64,000 nucleotides of DNA from Marinobacter sp. (lineage in GTDB: Bacteria > Pseudomonadota > Gammaproteobacteria > Pseudomonadales > Oleiphilaceae): positions 39,790 through 103,789 of the forward strand of contig NZ_JACUUB010000003.1 of assembly GCF_014859525.1 (NCBI RefSeq), read 5' to 3'. Of this stretch, positions 1 through 12,221 are shown piece after piece. Position 1 is the first letter of the stretch, and each line of letters opens with the position of its first letter. A program made the translations under genes and the position numbers. Under the pieces are notes generated by a model. That model saw only the letters and a program-made list of their open reading frames with translations, ran no database searches and was not told where the DNA came from.

Positions 1-2135
<2,135 letters not shown>

Positions 2136-2147
2136 GCCCGGGCCGAT

Positions 2148-2190
2148 AAAGAAAAAGCGTGGACGACACCCACTCGGAGCGGGTGCCGTC
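2148..2190 (-). terminator. Probable intrinsic terminator of the DAHP synthase gene
   Basis: Minus strand GACGGCACCCGC/GTGGGTGTCGTC 12-bp stem with two G-U pairs, then TTTTTCTTT after 5 nt; lies between convergent genes. Confidence 0.6.
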
Positions 2191-2208
2191 TGATCTCGTA
2201 AATCGATC

Positions 2209-3282
2209 TTATTTGCCGCGCTTGGGCAGTACGTCCTTCAGCTTTTCACGCATGTCGCGGATGGCTTTCTCGGTTGTTTCCCAGTCAATACAGGCGTCGG
2301 TGACCGATACGCCGTACTTCAGGTTCTCAAGGTTCTCCGGAATGGACTGATTGCCCCAATTAATGTGGCTTTCAACCATCAAGCTCTGAATGGAGGTGTT
2401 GCCTTCGAGAATCTGGTGGGTGACGTCCTGCATAACCAATGGCTGAATCGCCGGGTCTTTGCTGGAGTTGGCGTGGCTGCAGTCAACCATGATGGATTTG
2501 CGCAGCTTGGCTTTGTCCAGTGCCTGTTCACACAAGGCCACGCTCACGGAATCGTAATTGGGCTTGCCACCACCACCACGCAGCACGACATGCCCATAGT
2601 GGTTACCTTTGGTGCGGATAACGGCCACTTTGCCTTGCTGGTCAATACCCAGGAAACTGTGCGGGTGAGAGACGGAGTTCATGGCATTCACTGCAACATC
2701 CAGGCTGCCATCGGTACCATTTTTGAAGCCGATGGCCATCGACAGTCCACTGCTCATTTCACGATGAGTCTGGGACTCCGTGGTTCTTGCGCCAATGGCA
2801 GACCAGGCGATGGTGTCCTGAAGGTATTGAGGCGAGATCGGATCCAGTGCCTCAGTGGCCGCCGGAAGGCCCATCTCGTTGATGTCCAGCAGCAAACGAC
2901 GACCAATATGCAGGCCTTGCTCAATGTCAAAGGTATCGTTCAGGTGCGGGTCGTTAATCAGGCCTTTCCAGCCAACGGTAGTACGGGGCTTTTCGAAGTA
3001 GACTCGCATCACCAGGAACAGGGTGTCACTGACTTCGTCCGCCAGCTTTTTGAGCCGGGTGGCGTAATCTGTTGCGGCTTCGACGTCGTGGATCGAGCAG
3101 GGGCCCAACACCACAAACAGACGATGGTCCTTGCCATCCATAATATCGTAAATGGCCTGGCGGCCCGAGGCGACAGTGTCTGCTGCTTTATCGCTGAGTG
3201 GCAATTCCTGCTTCAGTGCTTCAGGAGTGATCAGCGGTTCCTGGCTGGCCACGTTCAGGTTTTCAAGTTTCTTGCCCGACAT
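2209..3282 (-). CDS. aroG: 3-deoxy-7-phosphoheptulonate (DAHP) synthase, class I
   Basis: GPCSIHD, MRVYFEKPRTTVGWKG, IGARTTESQTHR, DCSHANS, TDACI; start set at ATG 3282 (MSGKK); the aroF/G/H isoform cannot be resolved. Confidence 0.93.
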   Translation of the reverse strand: MSGKKLENLNVASQEPLITPEALKQELPLSDKAADTVASGRQAIYDIMDGKDHRLFVVLGPCSIHDVEAATDYATRLKKLADEVSDTLFLVMRVYFEKPRTTVGWKGLINDPHLNDTFDIEQGLHIGRRLLLDINEMGLPAATEALDPISPQYLQDTIAWSAIGARTTESQTHREMSSGLSMAIGFKNGTDGSLDVAVNAMNSVSHPHSFLGIDQQGKVAVIRTKGNHYGHVVLRGGGGKPNYDSVSVALCEQALDKAKLRKSIMVDCSHANSSKDPAIQPLVMQDVTHQILEGNTSIQSLMVESHINWGNQSIPENLENLKYGVSVTDACIDWETTEKAIRDMREKLKDVLPKRGK

Positions 3283-3459
3283 CTTGTTGTGCTTCCCCGA
3301 ATCAGATCGTTGCATCACCGGGTAACGCGGTCATGGTTCGCCCGGTGTTAAAGGATGAATGCGAATGGCGCCGGCATGCAGTTGCGATAAACCCCGGCGA
3401 GTTGGTTATACTGCGTTATTTGAAGACCCTTTTCAACGCTTCCAGACAACAGGTACCGG

Positions 3460-5286
3460 ATGTCGCCCACACCCAGGAAACCACAGGCTGTCGCTTCCTC
3501 CAGAAAGGTGGTTTCAGAAAACATCACACAGGTTTTGACCGGCATTCGGGTTCCGGATTTGCCGTATCCGGTTGGCAAATTGTCACCCGATGCTGTACCT
3601 GACTGGCGCCCTCTGCTTTTATCGTGCTGGGGCGAGCAGCGTGATGAGCGTGTTACTCGGGTTTTACGCTCTGTTGAAATCGAATGGACGGTGCGTCAGG
3701 TCAACGCCGCGTATCTCTCTGATCGCATCATGGACGTGTTTCTGAAAACCAGCGGGCTACATGACACCTTGGTGAATCGCATTGCCCGGCTTCGTTTCTG
3801 GCTTGCCTGGCAATTGGATGCCAATGGAGCCGAGGCATTTGGCCCGGTTATTCTGGATTGGCTCGACAATCTTCAGGAGTGGCGCGGTTGGAGCGATACC
3901 GGCGGACGATCGGCCAGAGTACTGCTGGATCAGCTCGACAGCCTGATCATTGCGGTGTCTGCGAGCTTCGAGTCCGGCCGCACCGGACCGGTTGAGGCTT
4001 ATTGCCAGCAATGGCTGGTTGATAAAGAGAAGAGAGAAACCCAGGTCGGCAGGCTGAGGGAGCGATTGCTTGAGACAGAACAGGGCGCCTCTCGCCAACG
4101 TTTTGCCGACCAGATGAGTCGTGCGCTGATTGGTCGCGCGCTGACCGGGCGCAACCTGCCTGTGCCGATCAGCCGGTTTATCCTGAGTGATTGGCACAAA
4201 GTTCTTAAACAGAGCATTTGGCTTGAGGGTGTTGAGGGAGAGCTGTATCGACACGCCAATAAGTTGCTGGAATGGCTGGTCTGGCTGGGAGATCCGGCGC
4301 TTTCGGATCGTGACCGAAATCGTATGTACCATGTTGGTGAACAAATCGGTGATCGTATCCAGGATGTCTGGTCGCGGGCGCTTGGTCAGGAGCCTCCCCG
4401 GGCCGTCATGGATGAAATCCAGACGGTCATCGTGGACAGAATTCGCGGTGAGGCTCTCGAGTTAACGCCTGGCCTTAAGGTTGATGGCAGTTTTAGCTGG
4501 GAGTCCCGCTGGCTTACGGCCGCGTCTGTGCCAGCCGATGCGGCTTCTGAGTATTGTGGTTGCTGGTTTGTAGAGGGCGAGGGTGCTGGTGAGCAGCGCC
4601 GGTTCTTCTTTACGTTGCTGGAAGACAGTGGCGAAGTGCTTTGGACCAATGGTGCAGGCGTTAAGCTGGGACTCCAGCCTTGGTCTGCCTTTTTAACCAA
4701 TCTTGAATCCGGCTTGGTGCGTCCTTTGCCGTCACCGACACCATTCGGGGATGTTTTGGCAGAGTCCGTCGAGTTGCTTGCGAGGGTGTGCGCAAAACAG
4801 CAAAAACAGCGCGAGAACGCGGCTAAGGAGGCTCGGGCAAAGGCTGAGGGTTTGCGTCGAGAAAAGGAAGAGGCTGAGCGAGTGCAGGCCGAACAGGAGG
4901 CTGCCCGGCAAGCCGAGCTTGATCGTCAGCATGCAGAGGCAGAAAGCCAAAGGCGGAAAGACGCAAAGGCAGAGCAGGAAAGGTTGCGGCGGGAGCTTGA
5001 GGTTGCGGCTATTCGGCAAATCGAGGGTATTGGTCTTGGTGGCTGGATCGTTTGTACGCCAGCGACGGACGGTGGTGATCCGGTTCGCTTGAAGCTTGCG
5101 GTGAAAATTTCAGCATCGCGCAAATATGTGTTTGTTGACCGGCTGGGCTTGAATCGCAAAGAGTTTTTACACGACGATCTGGTGGCTGGCATTGTCAATG
5201 GCAGCATCCGGGTACTTGGAAGTGCCGCAGAATTCGATGACACCCTCAGTCGGGTGGTCGGCCGGATTCGGGTAGGGCGGAACTGA
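3460..5286 (+). CDS. DUF1631-family protein
   Basis: 608 aa; C-terminal RLKLAVKI...YVFVDRLG...FDDTLSRVV pattern typical of DUF1631; long charged coiled coil. Confidence 0.7.
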   Translation: MSPTPRKPQAVASSRKVVSENITQVLTGIRVPDLPYPVGKLSPDAVPDWRPLLLSCWGEQRDERVTRVLRSVEIEWTVRQVNAAYLSDRIMDVFLKTSGLHDTLVNRIARLRFWLAWQLDANGAEAFGPVILDWLDNLQEWRGWSDTGGRSARVLLDQLDSLIIAVSASFESGRTGPVEAYCQQWLVDKEKRETQVGRLRERLLETEQGASRQRFADQMSRALIGRALTGRNLPVPISRFILSDWHKVLKQSIWLEGVEGELYRHANKLLEWLVWLGDPALSDRDRNRMYHVGEQIGDRIQDVWSRALGQEPPRAVMDEIQTVIVDRIRGEALELTPGLKVDGSFSWESRWLTAASVPADAASEYCGCWFVEGEGAGEQRRFFFTLLEDSGEVLWTNGAGVKLGLQPWSAFLTNLESGLVRPLPSPTPFGDVLAESVELLARVCAKQQKQRENAAKEARAKAEGLRREKEEAERVQAEQEAARQAELDRQHAEAESQRRKDAKAEQERLRRELEVAAIRQIEGIGLGGWIVCTPATDGGDPVRLKLAVKISASRKYVFVDRLGLNRKEFLHDDLVAGIVNGSIRVLGSAAEFDDTLSRVVGRIRVGRN

Positions 5287-5298
5287 GGACTTGACATA

Positions 5299-5709
5299 AT
5301 GGACGACGATTATCAGTTCGGCACGTCTCAGACATTGCCACTTGGCAGAGATAAGCGGGAAGACTACAGACTGACCGCGAGGGCCAGGGCCTGGATTCAG
5401 CGTGAGACGCCAGAACCGGGCACCTGCAGCGCTGATCGGGCGGCCGAGAAGACGGTCGAATGCCAGATTCGAGATATCTCCGCCCGGGGGCTAAGCCTTG
5501 CGAGTACAGAGGCTTTTAATCTGAGTTCGCTACTAATGGCAGAAGTCAGTTTGGGCCACCGGTCAGAGCGGTATAAACTGATGGTCGAGGTGATGTGGTG
5601 CCGGCAAACGGATGAGGGTTACCAGGTGGGAATCCGGGTGCAGGAATCTGATGAGACCGACTACCTGGACTGGATAGACGCGGTCGCGACTGCGTTAGCC
5701 GATGGCTGA
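5299..5709 (+). CDS. PilZ-domain c-di-GMP receptor
   Basis: RxxxR (REDYR) and DxSxxG (DISARG) motifs; EVMWCR...YQVGI. Confidence 0.85.
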   Translation: MDDDYQFGTSQTLPLGRDKREDYRLTARARAWIQRETPEPGTCSADRAAEKTVECQIRDISARGLSLASTEAFNLSSLLMAEVSLGHRSERYKLMVEVMWCRQTDEGYQVGIRVQESDETDYLDWIDAVATALADG

Positions 5710-5711
5710 AG

Positions 5712-5742
5712 CTAAAGAGCCGGCGCAAGGCCGGCTCTTTAG
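5712..5742. terminator. Bidirectional intrinsic terminator
   Basis: CTAAAGAGCCGG-loop-CCGGCTCTTTAG perfect 12-bp stem between convergent PilZ and fabI. Confidence 0.8.
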
Positions 5743-5765
5743 GACGATGAGGGCAACCAGGCGAC

Positions 5766-6551
5766 TCAGTCTTCCAGTTCACCCATGCCGGTGATGTTAA
5801 AGCCACCATCAACATACAGGATTTCGCCAGTGATACCGGAGGCCATGTCTGAAGACAGGAACGCAGCGGCATTGCCAACCTCATCGGTGGTCACATTACG
5901 GCGTAACGGAGCCCGTTTGGCGTTTTCGGCCAGCATCCGGCGAAAGCTCTTGATACCGGAGGCCGCCAGGGTCTTGATCGGGCCTGCCGAAATGCCATTT
6001 ACCCGGATGCCTTCTTTGCCAAGGCTGGCAGCCATATAGCGAACGTTGGCTTCCAGAGAGGCCTTGGCCAGACCCATCACGTTATAGTTTTGCAGCACTT
6101 TTTCAGCGCCCAGGTAACTCAATGTCAGCAGGCTGCTGCCTTCGTGCATCATCTTGCGAGCACCCTTGGCCAGAGCGACAAAGCTGTAGGAGCTGATGTC
6201 ATGAGCAATACGGAAGCCATCCCGGGTTGTGACATCCACATAGTTACCATCCAGCTCATGGCCCGGCGCAAAGCCCACTGCATGAATGATGATGTCGATG
6301 TTGTCCCAGTGTTTGTTCAACTCTGTGAACACATTCTCGATCTCTTGATCGCTGGCAACATCGCAGGGGTAGGTCAGCTGACTGCCCCATTGCTCGGCGA
6401 ACTTTTCTACCCGCGATTGAAGCTTTTCGTTTTGATAGGTGAAGGCCATTTCGGCACCTTCACGAGCGAACGCCTCGGCAATGCCGTAGGCGATGGAATA
6501 CTTGCTGGCGACGCCAACAATCAGCGCTTTCTTGCCACTGAGAATTCCCAT
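5766..6551 (-). CDS. fabI: Enoyl-ACP reductase (NADH)
   Basis: [45 protein letters not shown]. Confidence 0.97.
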   Translation of the reverse strand: MGILSGKKALIVGVASKYSIAYGIAEAFAREGAEMAFTYQNEKLQSRVEKFAEQWGSQLTYPCDVASDQEIENVFTELNKHWDNIDIIIHAVGFAPGHELDGNYVDVTTRDGFRIAHDISSYSFVALAKGARKMMHEGSSLLTLSYLGAEKVLQNYNVMGLAKASLEANVRYMAASLGKEGIRVNGISAGPIKTLAASGIKSFRRMLAENAKRAPLRRNVTTDEVGNAAAFLSSDMASGITGEILYVDGGFNITGMGELED

Positions 6552-6619
6552 GGGTATCTGCTCCCTGTGTTCCTTGGTTTTGGCGCATTATCCCCGACAT
6601 GCTTCAGTCGGAGTAACGC

Positions 6620-8218
6620 TCAATTGGTCGTAGACTGGTAAAAAAACGCCGCGCTCAGCAATTCTCGGGTGTAGTCCTGTTGCGGGTTCCGGAAAATTGC
6701 TTCAGCGGGGCCATACTCCACAATCCTGCCATTCCTGAGCACCAGCAATTGGTGGCTGAGCGCGCGAACGACGGCCAGATCGTGGCTAATAAAGATATAG
6801 CTTAACTTATATCGGGCCTGAATTTCTCTCAAAAGCTCAATCACTTGCTTCTGAACCGTGCGGTCCAGGGCGGATGTGGGCTCATCCAGAATAATCAGTT
6901 CCGGTTGTAGAACGAGTGCTCGGGCAATGGCAATGCGCTGCCGTTGCCCGCCAGAGAATTCATGGGGGTACCGGTGCCGCGCGTCAGGATCAAGGCCGAC
7001 GTCTTTCAGCGCTTGAATGACCATCGCTTCGTGTTGCTGCGCACGACCACTATCGTGAATCTCAAGTCCTTCCCGGACAATCTCCGCTACCGACATTCTT
7101 GGGCTCAGACTACCAAACGGGTCCTGAAAAACGATCTGAATCCGTTTGCGCCAGGGCCTGAAATTTTTCTGTGAAAGCGGCCCCAGATCCGTGCCTGAAA
7201 GGCGGATGGTACCCGTACTGCCAGTCAGCTTAAGGAGCGCATGGCCAATGGTGGTCTTGCCACTGCCACTCTCACCAACAATGCCCAGAGTCTCACCGGC
7301 CTGCAGTTGGAAACCGACATCCTGTACGGCGTGAAAGCTTTCTGTGACCCGCCCCAGCAGGTTTTTTCGGATAGGAAAGTGAACGTTGAGGTTGTCCACC
7401 GCCATCAGCGTGTTTGTGGTGTGGGTGAGCGGCTGAGGGTGTTCCGGTGGTTCGGCATCGATCAGCTTGCGGGTGTATGGGTGTTCCGGCTGGGAAAACA
7501 GCTGCTCGGTCGGGGCTTCTTCTACCTGCTTGCCGTGTTCCATCACAACCACACGATCGGCATAGCGGCGAACGATACTGAGATCGTGGGTAATCAGAAG
7601 AATCGCCATGCCTAATTTTTGCTGCAAGGATTTCAGCAGTTCAAGGACCTGTTTCTGCACGGTAACGTCGAGCGCGGTGGTGGGCTCATCGGCAATCAGC
7701 AGCTCCGGCTCGTTGGCAAGTGCCATCGCGATCATGACACGCTGCTTCTGTCCGCCCGACAACTGGTGAGGGTAGCTCTTGAGCCGACGCTCCGGTTCAG
7801 GGATGCCAACAAGATCCAGCAACTCGATACATCGTTTTTGAGCTTGCGGTCCGCGCATGCCCTTGTGCAGCTCCAGGGTTTCGCAGATCTGCTTCTCTAC
7901 CGTGTGCAACGGGTTCAGCGAGGTCATGGGCTCCTGGAAAATCATACTGATTTCGCGCCCCCGGATTTGACGAAGTCGCTTTTCCGAGGTGCTCAGCAGG
8001 TTCTCACCCCGGTACAGGATCTGTCCGGAGGGGTAACTGACGTGGCGCGCATCGAGCAGTTGTAACACAGACAACGCTGAGACCGATTTACCCGAGCCAC
8101 TTTCACCCACCAGCGCCAGGGTTTCACCTGCGCCGATGCTCAGCGACAGTTTGTTCACCACCGGTGCGCCGTGATCAAAACAGATGGACAGGTCTGAGAT
8201 ACTTAAAAGGTCAGTCAT
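6620..8218 (-). CDS. yejF: Peptide ABC transporter, dual ATP-binding protein
   Basis: Two Walker A motifs (GESGSGKS/T) and two signatures ([16 protein letters not shown]); start set at ATG 8218. Confidence 0.9.
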   Translation of the reverse strand: MTDLLSISDLSICFDHGAPVVNKLSLSIGAGETLALVGESGSGKSVSALSVLQLLDARHVSYPSGQILYRGENLLSTSEKRLRQIRGREISMIFQEPMTSLNPLHTVEKQICETLELHKGMRGPQAQKRCIELLDLVGIPEPERRLKSYPHQLSGGQKQRVMIAMALANEPELLIADEPTTALDVTVQKQVLELLKSLQQKLGMAILLITHDLSIVRRYADRVVVMEHGKQVEEAPTEQLFSQPEHPYTRKLIDAEPPEHPQPLTHTTNTLMAVDNLNVHFPIRKNLLGRVTESFHAVQDVGFQLQAGETLGIVGESGSGKTTIGHALLKLTGSTGTIRLSGTDLGPLSQKNFRPWRKRIQIVFQDPFGSLSPRMSVAEIVREGLEIHDSGRAQQHEAMVIQALKDVGLDPDARHRYPHEFSGGQRQRIAIARALVLQPELIILDEPTSALDRTVQKQVIELLREIQARYKLSYIFISHDLAVVRALSHQLLVLRNGRIVEYGPAEAIFRNPQQDYTRELLSAAFFYQSTTN

Positions 8219-8219
8219 G

Positions 8220-9242
8220 TCAGTTCTTTCTCGGGTCAAAGGCATCACGCACGGCTTCGCCGACAAACACCAGCAGGGTCAGCATGACCGACAGAGAGAC
8301 AAATGCTGAAATCCCAAGCCAGGGAGCGTGCAGGTTGGCCTTGCCCTGGGCAATCAGCTCACCCAGTGACGGGGATCCGGACGGCAGACCAAAGCCCAGA
8401 AAATCCAGGGAAGTCAGACCCGTGATGGCACCGGTCAGGATAAACGGCAAAAAGGTGAGGGTAGCGACCATGGCATTTGGTAAAATATGACGGAACATGA
8501 TGTGGCGATTATCCAGCCCCAGCGCCCTGGCGGCCTTTACATACTCAAAATTACGAGCTCTTAGAAACTCAGCCCGGACCACGTCCACCAGCCCCATCCA
8601 GCTGAACAACAGCATAATGCCGAGCAACCACCAGAAGTTTGGCTGAACCAGTGCTGAGAGAATGATCAGCAGGTACAGCATCGGCAGGCCGGACCAGATT
8701 TCAATGAATCGTTGACCGAACAGGTCAACTTTGCCGCCATAAAAGCCCTGAATCGCGCCAACGATAACGCCCACTATGCAGCTGGCGATGGTAAGCGTAA
8801 GGCCGAACACGACCGAGATGCGGAAGCCGTAGATCACCCGGGCAGCGACATCTCGGCCCTGATCGTCGGTACCCAGCCAGTTTTCAAGGCTGGGCGGGGC
8901 CGGTGAGGGCACCTCCAGCTCGTAATTGATGGTGTTGTAGCTAAACCGAATGGGCGGCCAGAGCATCCAGCCGTTGGCTGCAATCTCATCCCGGATGAAA
9001 TGGTCACGATAGTCTGTTTCGGTCGGCAGGAATCCCCCGAAGGTTTCCTCCGGCACTGATTGAAACACCGGAACGTACAGATCGCCCTGGTACGACACCA
9101 GGAGGGGTTTGTCGTTGGCAATGAGCTCAGCCACCAACGATAGACCGAATAGCAAAAGGAAGAGCCAGAGCGACCAGTAACCACGGCGATTGTTGCGAAA
9201 GTTCCGGAGCCGACGGCGCTGAATGGGCGTCAGTTGGGGCAT
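8220..9242 (-). CDS. yejE: Peptide ABC transporter permease
   Basis: WLGTDDQGRDV, RAEFLRARNFEYVKAARALG, DAFDPR. Confidence 0.92.
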   Translation of the reverse strand: MPQLTPIQRRRLRNFRNNRRGYWSLWLFLLLFGLSLVAELIANDKPLLVSYQGDLYVPVFQSVPEETFGGFLPTETDYRDHFIRDEIAANGWMLWPPIRFSYNTINYELEVPSPAPPSLENWLGTDDQGRDVAARVIYGFRISVVFGLTLTIASCIVGVIVGAIQGFYGGKVDLFGQRFIEIWSGLPMLYLLIILSALVQPNFWWLLGIMLLFSWMGLVDVVRAEFLRARNFEYVKAARALGLDNRHIMFRHILPNAMVATLTFLPFILTGAITGLTSLDFLGFGLPSGSPSLGELIAQGKANLHAPWLGISAFVSLSVMLTLLVFVGEAVRDAFDPRKN

Positions 9243-9244
9243 GA

Positions 9245-10330
9245 TTACGCACCCTCCCGGCTTTCAAAGTCGATGCGCGGATCCACCAACACATAAGTGA
9301 TGTCGCTTACCAGTTTGAGCACCAGACCCATCAGGGTAAAGATAAAGAGGGTCCCGAAGATGACCGGATAGTCCCGGTTAAGCGCGGCTTCAAACCCAAG
9401 CAAGCCAAGACCGTCTAACGAAAAGATTACCTCGATCAGCAACGATCCGGTAAAGAACAACGACACCAGTACGCCCGGCATGCTGGCGATCACGATCAGC
9501 ATGGCGTTGCGAAAGACATGGCCATACAGCACCTGCTTTTCTTCCAGGCCCTTTGCCCTTGCAGTTACCACGTACTGTTTACCAATTTCATCGAGAAATG
9601 AGTTTTTGGTGAGCAGGGTCAGAGTGGCAAACCCTCCGATCACATTGGCTGTGACCGGCAACGCCAAGTGCCAGAAATAATCGCCAATCTTTTGATACCA
9701 GTTCAATTCATCAAAATTCGGAGAGGTCAGGCCCCGTAGAGGGAACCAGTCAAAATAGCTGCCACCTGCGAACAAGACAATCAGCAGGATTGCAAACAGA
9801 AAGCCCGGAATGGCATAGCCCACAACAATGGCAGAGCTGGTCCAGACATCAAAACGGGAGCCATCGCTGATGCCCTTACGGATACCCAGGGGAATGGAAA
9901 CCAGATAGATGATCAAGGTGGACCAGAGACCCAGCGAAATGGACACCGGCATTTTGTCGATGATCAGCTCTACCACCGTGCGATCTCGGAAGAACGATTC
10001 GCCAAAATCAAACGTGGCGTAGTCCTTGAGCATTTTCAGAAAGCGTTCGTGGGCAGGTTTGTCGAAACCGTACATTACTTCGATTTCTTTGAGAAGCTCT
10101 GGGGGCAAGCCGCGCGAGCCCCGACTGTCACCCGAACTGGTTACCACTTCGCCGCCCATGTCGCCGCCACCGGCCCGGGCCAGGGCACTGCTGCCGTGGC
10201 CCTCCATTTGGGCGATCAGCTGTTCAACCGGTCCACCGGGTGCGGCTTGAACAATCAGAAAATTGAGTAACATAATCCCTACAAGCGTAGGGATGATCAG
10301 TGCAAGCCGCCGGAGAATGTAGATGCCCAT
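9245..10330 (-). CDS. yejB: Peptide ABC transporter permease
   Basis: [41 protein letters not shown]. Confidence 0.92.
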   Translation of the reverse strand: MGIYILRRLALIIPTLVGIMLLNFLIVQAAPGGPVEQLIAQMEGHGSSALARAGGGDMGGEVVTSSGDSRGSRGLPPELLKEIEVMYGFDKPAHERFLKMLKDYATFDFGESFFRDRTVVELIIDKMPVSISLGLWSTLIIYLVSIPLGIRKGISDGSRFDVWTSSAIVVGYAIPGFLFAILLIVLFAGGSYFDWFPLRGLTSPNFDELNWYQKIGDYFWHLALPVTANVIGGFATLTLLTKNSFLDEIGKQYVVTARAKGLEEKQVLYGHVFRNAMLIVIASMPGVLVSLFFTGSLLIEVIFSLDGLGLLGFEAALNRDYPVIFGTLFIFTLMGLVLKLVSDITYVLVDPRIDFESREGA

Positions 10331-10376
10331 TTACGGGAGAAGTCCTTTCATGACAGCGTTAGGGTTTGTCGATTGA

Positions 10377-12209
10377 TCAGGGAGTGATCCACCAGTTGTT
10401 CAGATCAATGCCATTCTTCGGTGTGACCTCAGGCCTTTGTAAATGGTTCCAGTAGGCTATGCGGTCTTTGGTCAGGTGCCAGTGCGGAATCACATAATGA
10501 TTATGCAGCAGCACCCGATCGAGCGCCCGAACACGGTGCACCAGCTGGTCACGGTCCGGCGCCTGAATCACCAGATCTACCAGTTGATCAATGACCGGAT
10601 CGGTGACCCCCATAAAATTCCTGGAGCCAGAGATCTCAGCGGTACCAGAGTGCCAGTATTCCCGTTGTTCGTTACCGGGTGAGTCCGATTGGGGAAGCAC
10701 TTGCGTGATCATGTCAAAGTCAAAGCTGCGAACCCGCTGAATGTACTGGTTGCTATCAACCAGTCGAACGGTGACATCAATGCCCAGTCTTTCAAGGTTG
10801 CGGGTAAAGGGCAGAACCACGCGCTCAAAACTCTTCTGAAACAAAAGAACCTCAAATGTGAGCGGATTGCCAGTTTTTTCATCCACCATCTTGCCATTCT
10901 GGATACTGTAGCCGGCTTCTTTCAGTAACCCCATAGCCGCACGAAGGTTATCGCGCATGGTCTGATCGCCTGCGGTATCAGGCGGGGTATATTCGGTGGT
11001 GAATACATCCGGGTTTAGCTGGTCGCGGAACGATTCCAGAATTTTCAGCTCCGGGCCTTCAGGCAAGCCGGAGGAGGCCAGTTCGCTGTTCTCAAAATAG
11101 CTGTTGGTCCGGGTATACTGGTCGAAAAACAGGTTGCGGTTGGCCCATTGGAAATCAAAACCGTAGGCCAGGGCCTGTCTGACTTTGGGGTGGCTGAAGA
11201 CGGCTTTACGGGTATTGAAAACGAAACCCTGCATGCCACTGGGTCGCTGGTGAGCGATGGCTTCGCGCAGGATGCTGCCATCTTCGAAGCGTCGCCCGGT
11301 GTAGGCCGTTGCCCAGTTCTTGGCGGAGGATTCCTGGCGGAAGTCGAAGTTGCCGGCTTTGAAGGCTTCCAGCGCAACGGTATCATCGTTGTAGTATTCG
11401 TATTCGATGCGGTCGTAGTTAAATCGACCTTTACGAACCGGTAGATCTTTAGCCCAATAATCCTCGACACGTTCGTATCTGACCGAGCGCCCGGCATCAT
11501 AAGAAGCTATTCGATACGGGCCGCTGCCGACCGGCGTGGCGAGCCCGCTACGGCCAAACTCCCGGTCTTCCCAGTAGTGGGCAGGCAGAATTGGCATCTG
11601 CCCGAGAATTAACGGAAGTTCCCGATTGTCTGTGTCGCCGAAGTCGAATCGGACCCGGTGGCTGTTCTCAACGGTGACTTTACTGACATCGGAGTAGTAG
11701 TTGCGGTAGAACGGGTGCCCTTCGGTGGTCAGAATGCGATAAGAAAATTCTACGTCTTGCGCCGTAATAGGCTTGCCATCCTGAAACCGCGCCTGTTCGC
11801 GCAGGTTGAAAATCACGTAGCGACGATCATCTGGAATCTCGGCGCTTTCGGCAATCAGTCCATATTCTGAAAATGGCTCATCAGCGGAAGATTCCATCAG
11901 GGTGTCGTAAACATAGGTGCTGACACCTGCGGCGGCAACTCCACGGATCACGAAGGGATTAAAGCTGTCGAAACCGTTAGAAACGACCGACAGCTTCAGG
12001 GTGCCGCCTTTCGGAGCGTCCGGGTTAACGTAATCGAAATGACTGAAACCCGGCGGATACTTTAGCTCGCCGTGCATGGCGATGCCGTGGACGGGCTGTA
12101 GCCGGTCACCCTGGTGGTCGTCAGCATAACTTGCCGGGGCGGCCACCAGAGCCAGAGATGTAATCAGTCCACACAGGGACAGGCGACATGCTTTCCGTGT
12201 TTTTGTCAT
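10377..12209 (-). CDS. yejA: Peptide ABC transporter substrate-binding protein
   Basis: Signal peptide; H.IAMHGE.KYP..F.HFDYVNPDAPKGG; family 5 SBP. Confidence 0.9.
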   Translation of the reverse strand: MTKTRKACRLSLCGLITSLALVAAPASYADDHQGDRLQPVHGIAMHGELKYPPGFSHFDYVNPDAPKGGTLKLSVVSNGFDSFNPFVIRGVAAAGVSTYVYDTLMESSADEPFSEYGLIAESAEIPDDRRYVIFNLREQARFQDGKPITAQDVEFSYRILTTEGHPFYRNYYSDVSKVTVENSHRVRFDFGDTDNRELPLILGQMPILPAHYWEDREFGRSGLATPVGSGPYRIASYDAGRSVRYERVEDYWAKDLPVRKGRFNYDRIEYEYYNDDTVALEAFKAGNFDFRQESSAKNWATAYTGRRFEDGSILREAIAHQRPSGMQGFVFNTRKAVFSHPKVRQALAYGFDFQWANRNLFFDQYTRTNSYFENSELASSGLPEGPELKILESFRDQLNPDVFTTEYTPPDTAGDQTMRDNLRAAMGLLKEAGYSIQNGKMVDEKTGNPLTFEVLLFQKSFERVVLPFTRNLERLGIDVTVRLVDSNQYIQRVRSFDFDMITQVLPQSDSPGNEQREYWHSGTAEISGSRNFMGVTDPVIDQLVDLVIQAPDRDQLVHRVRALDRVLLHNHYVIPHWHLTKDRIAYWNHLQRPEVTPKNGIDLNNWWITP

Positions 12210-12221
12210 GATTCTCGCACG

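Noticed and set aside
2148-2190. Shared CACCC/GGGTG hairpins here and at 21703-21751 as a REP family
   Set aside because: Only two copies with little further similarity; both fit ordinary terminators
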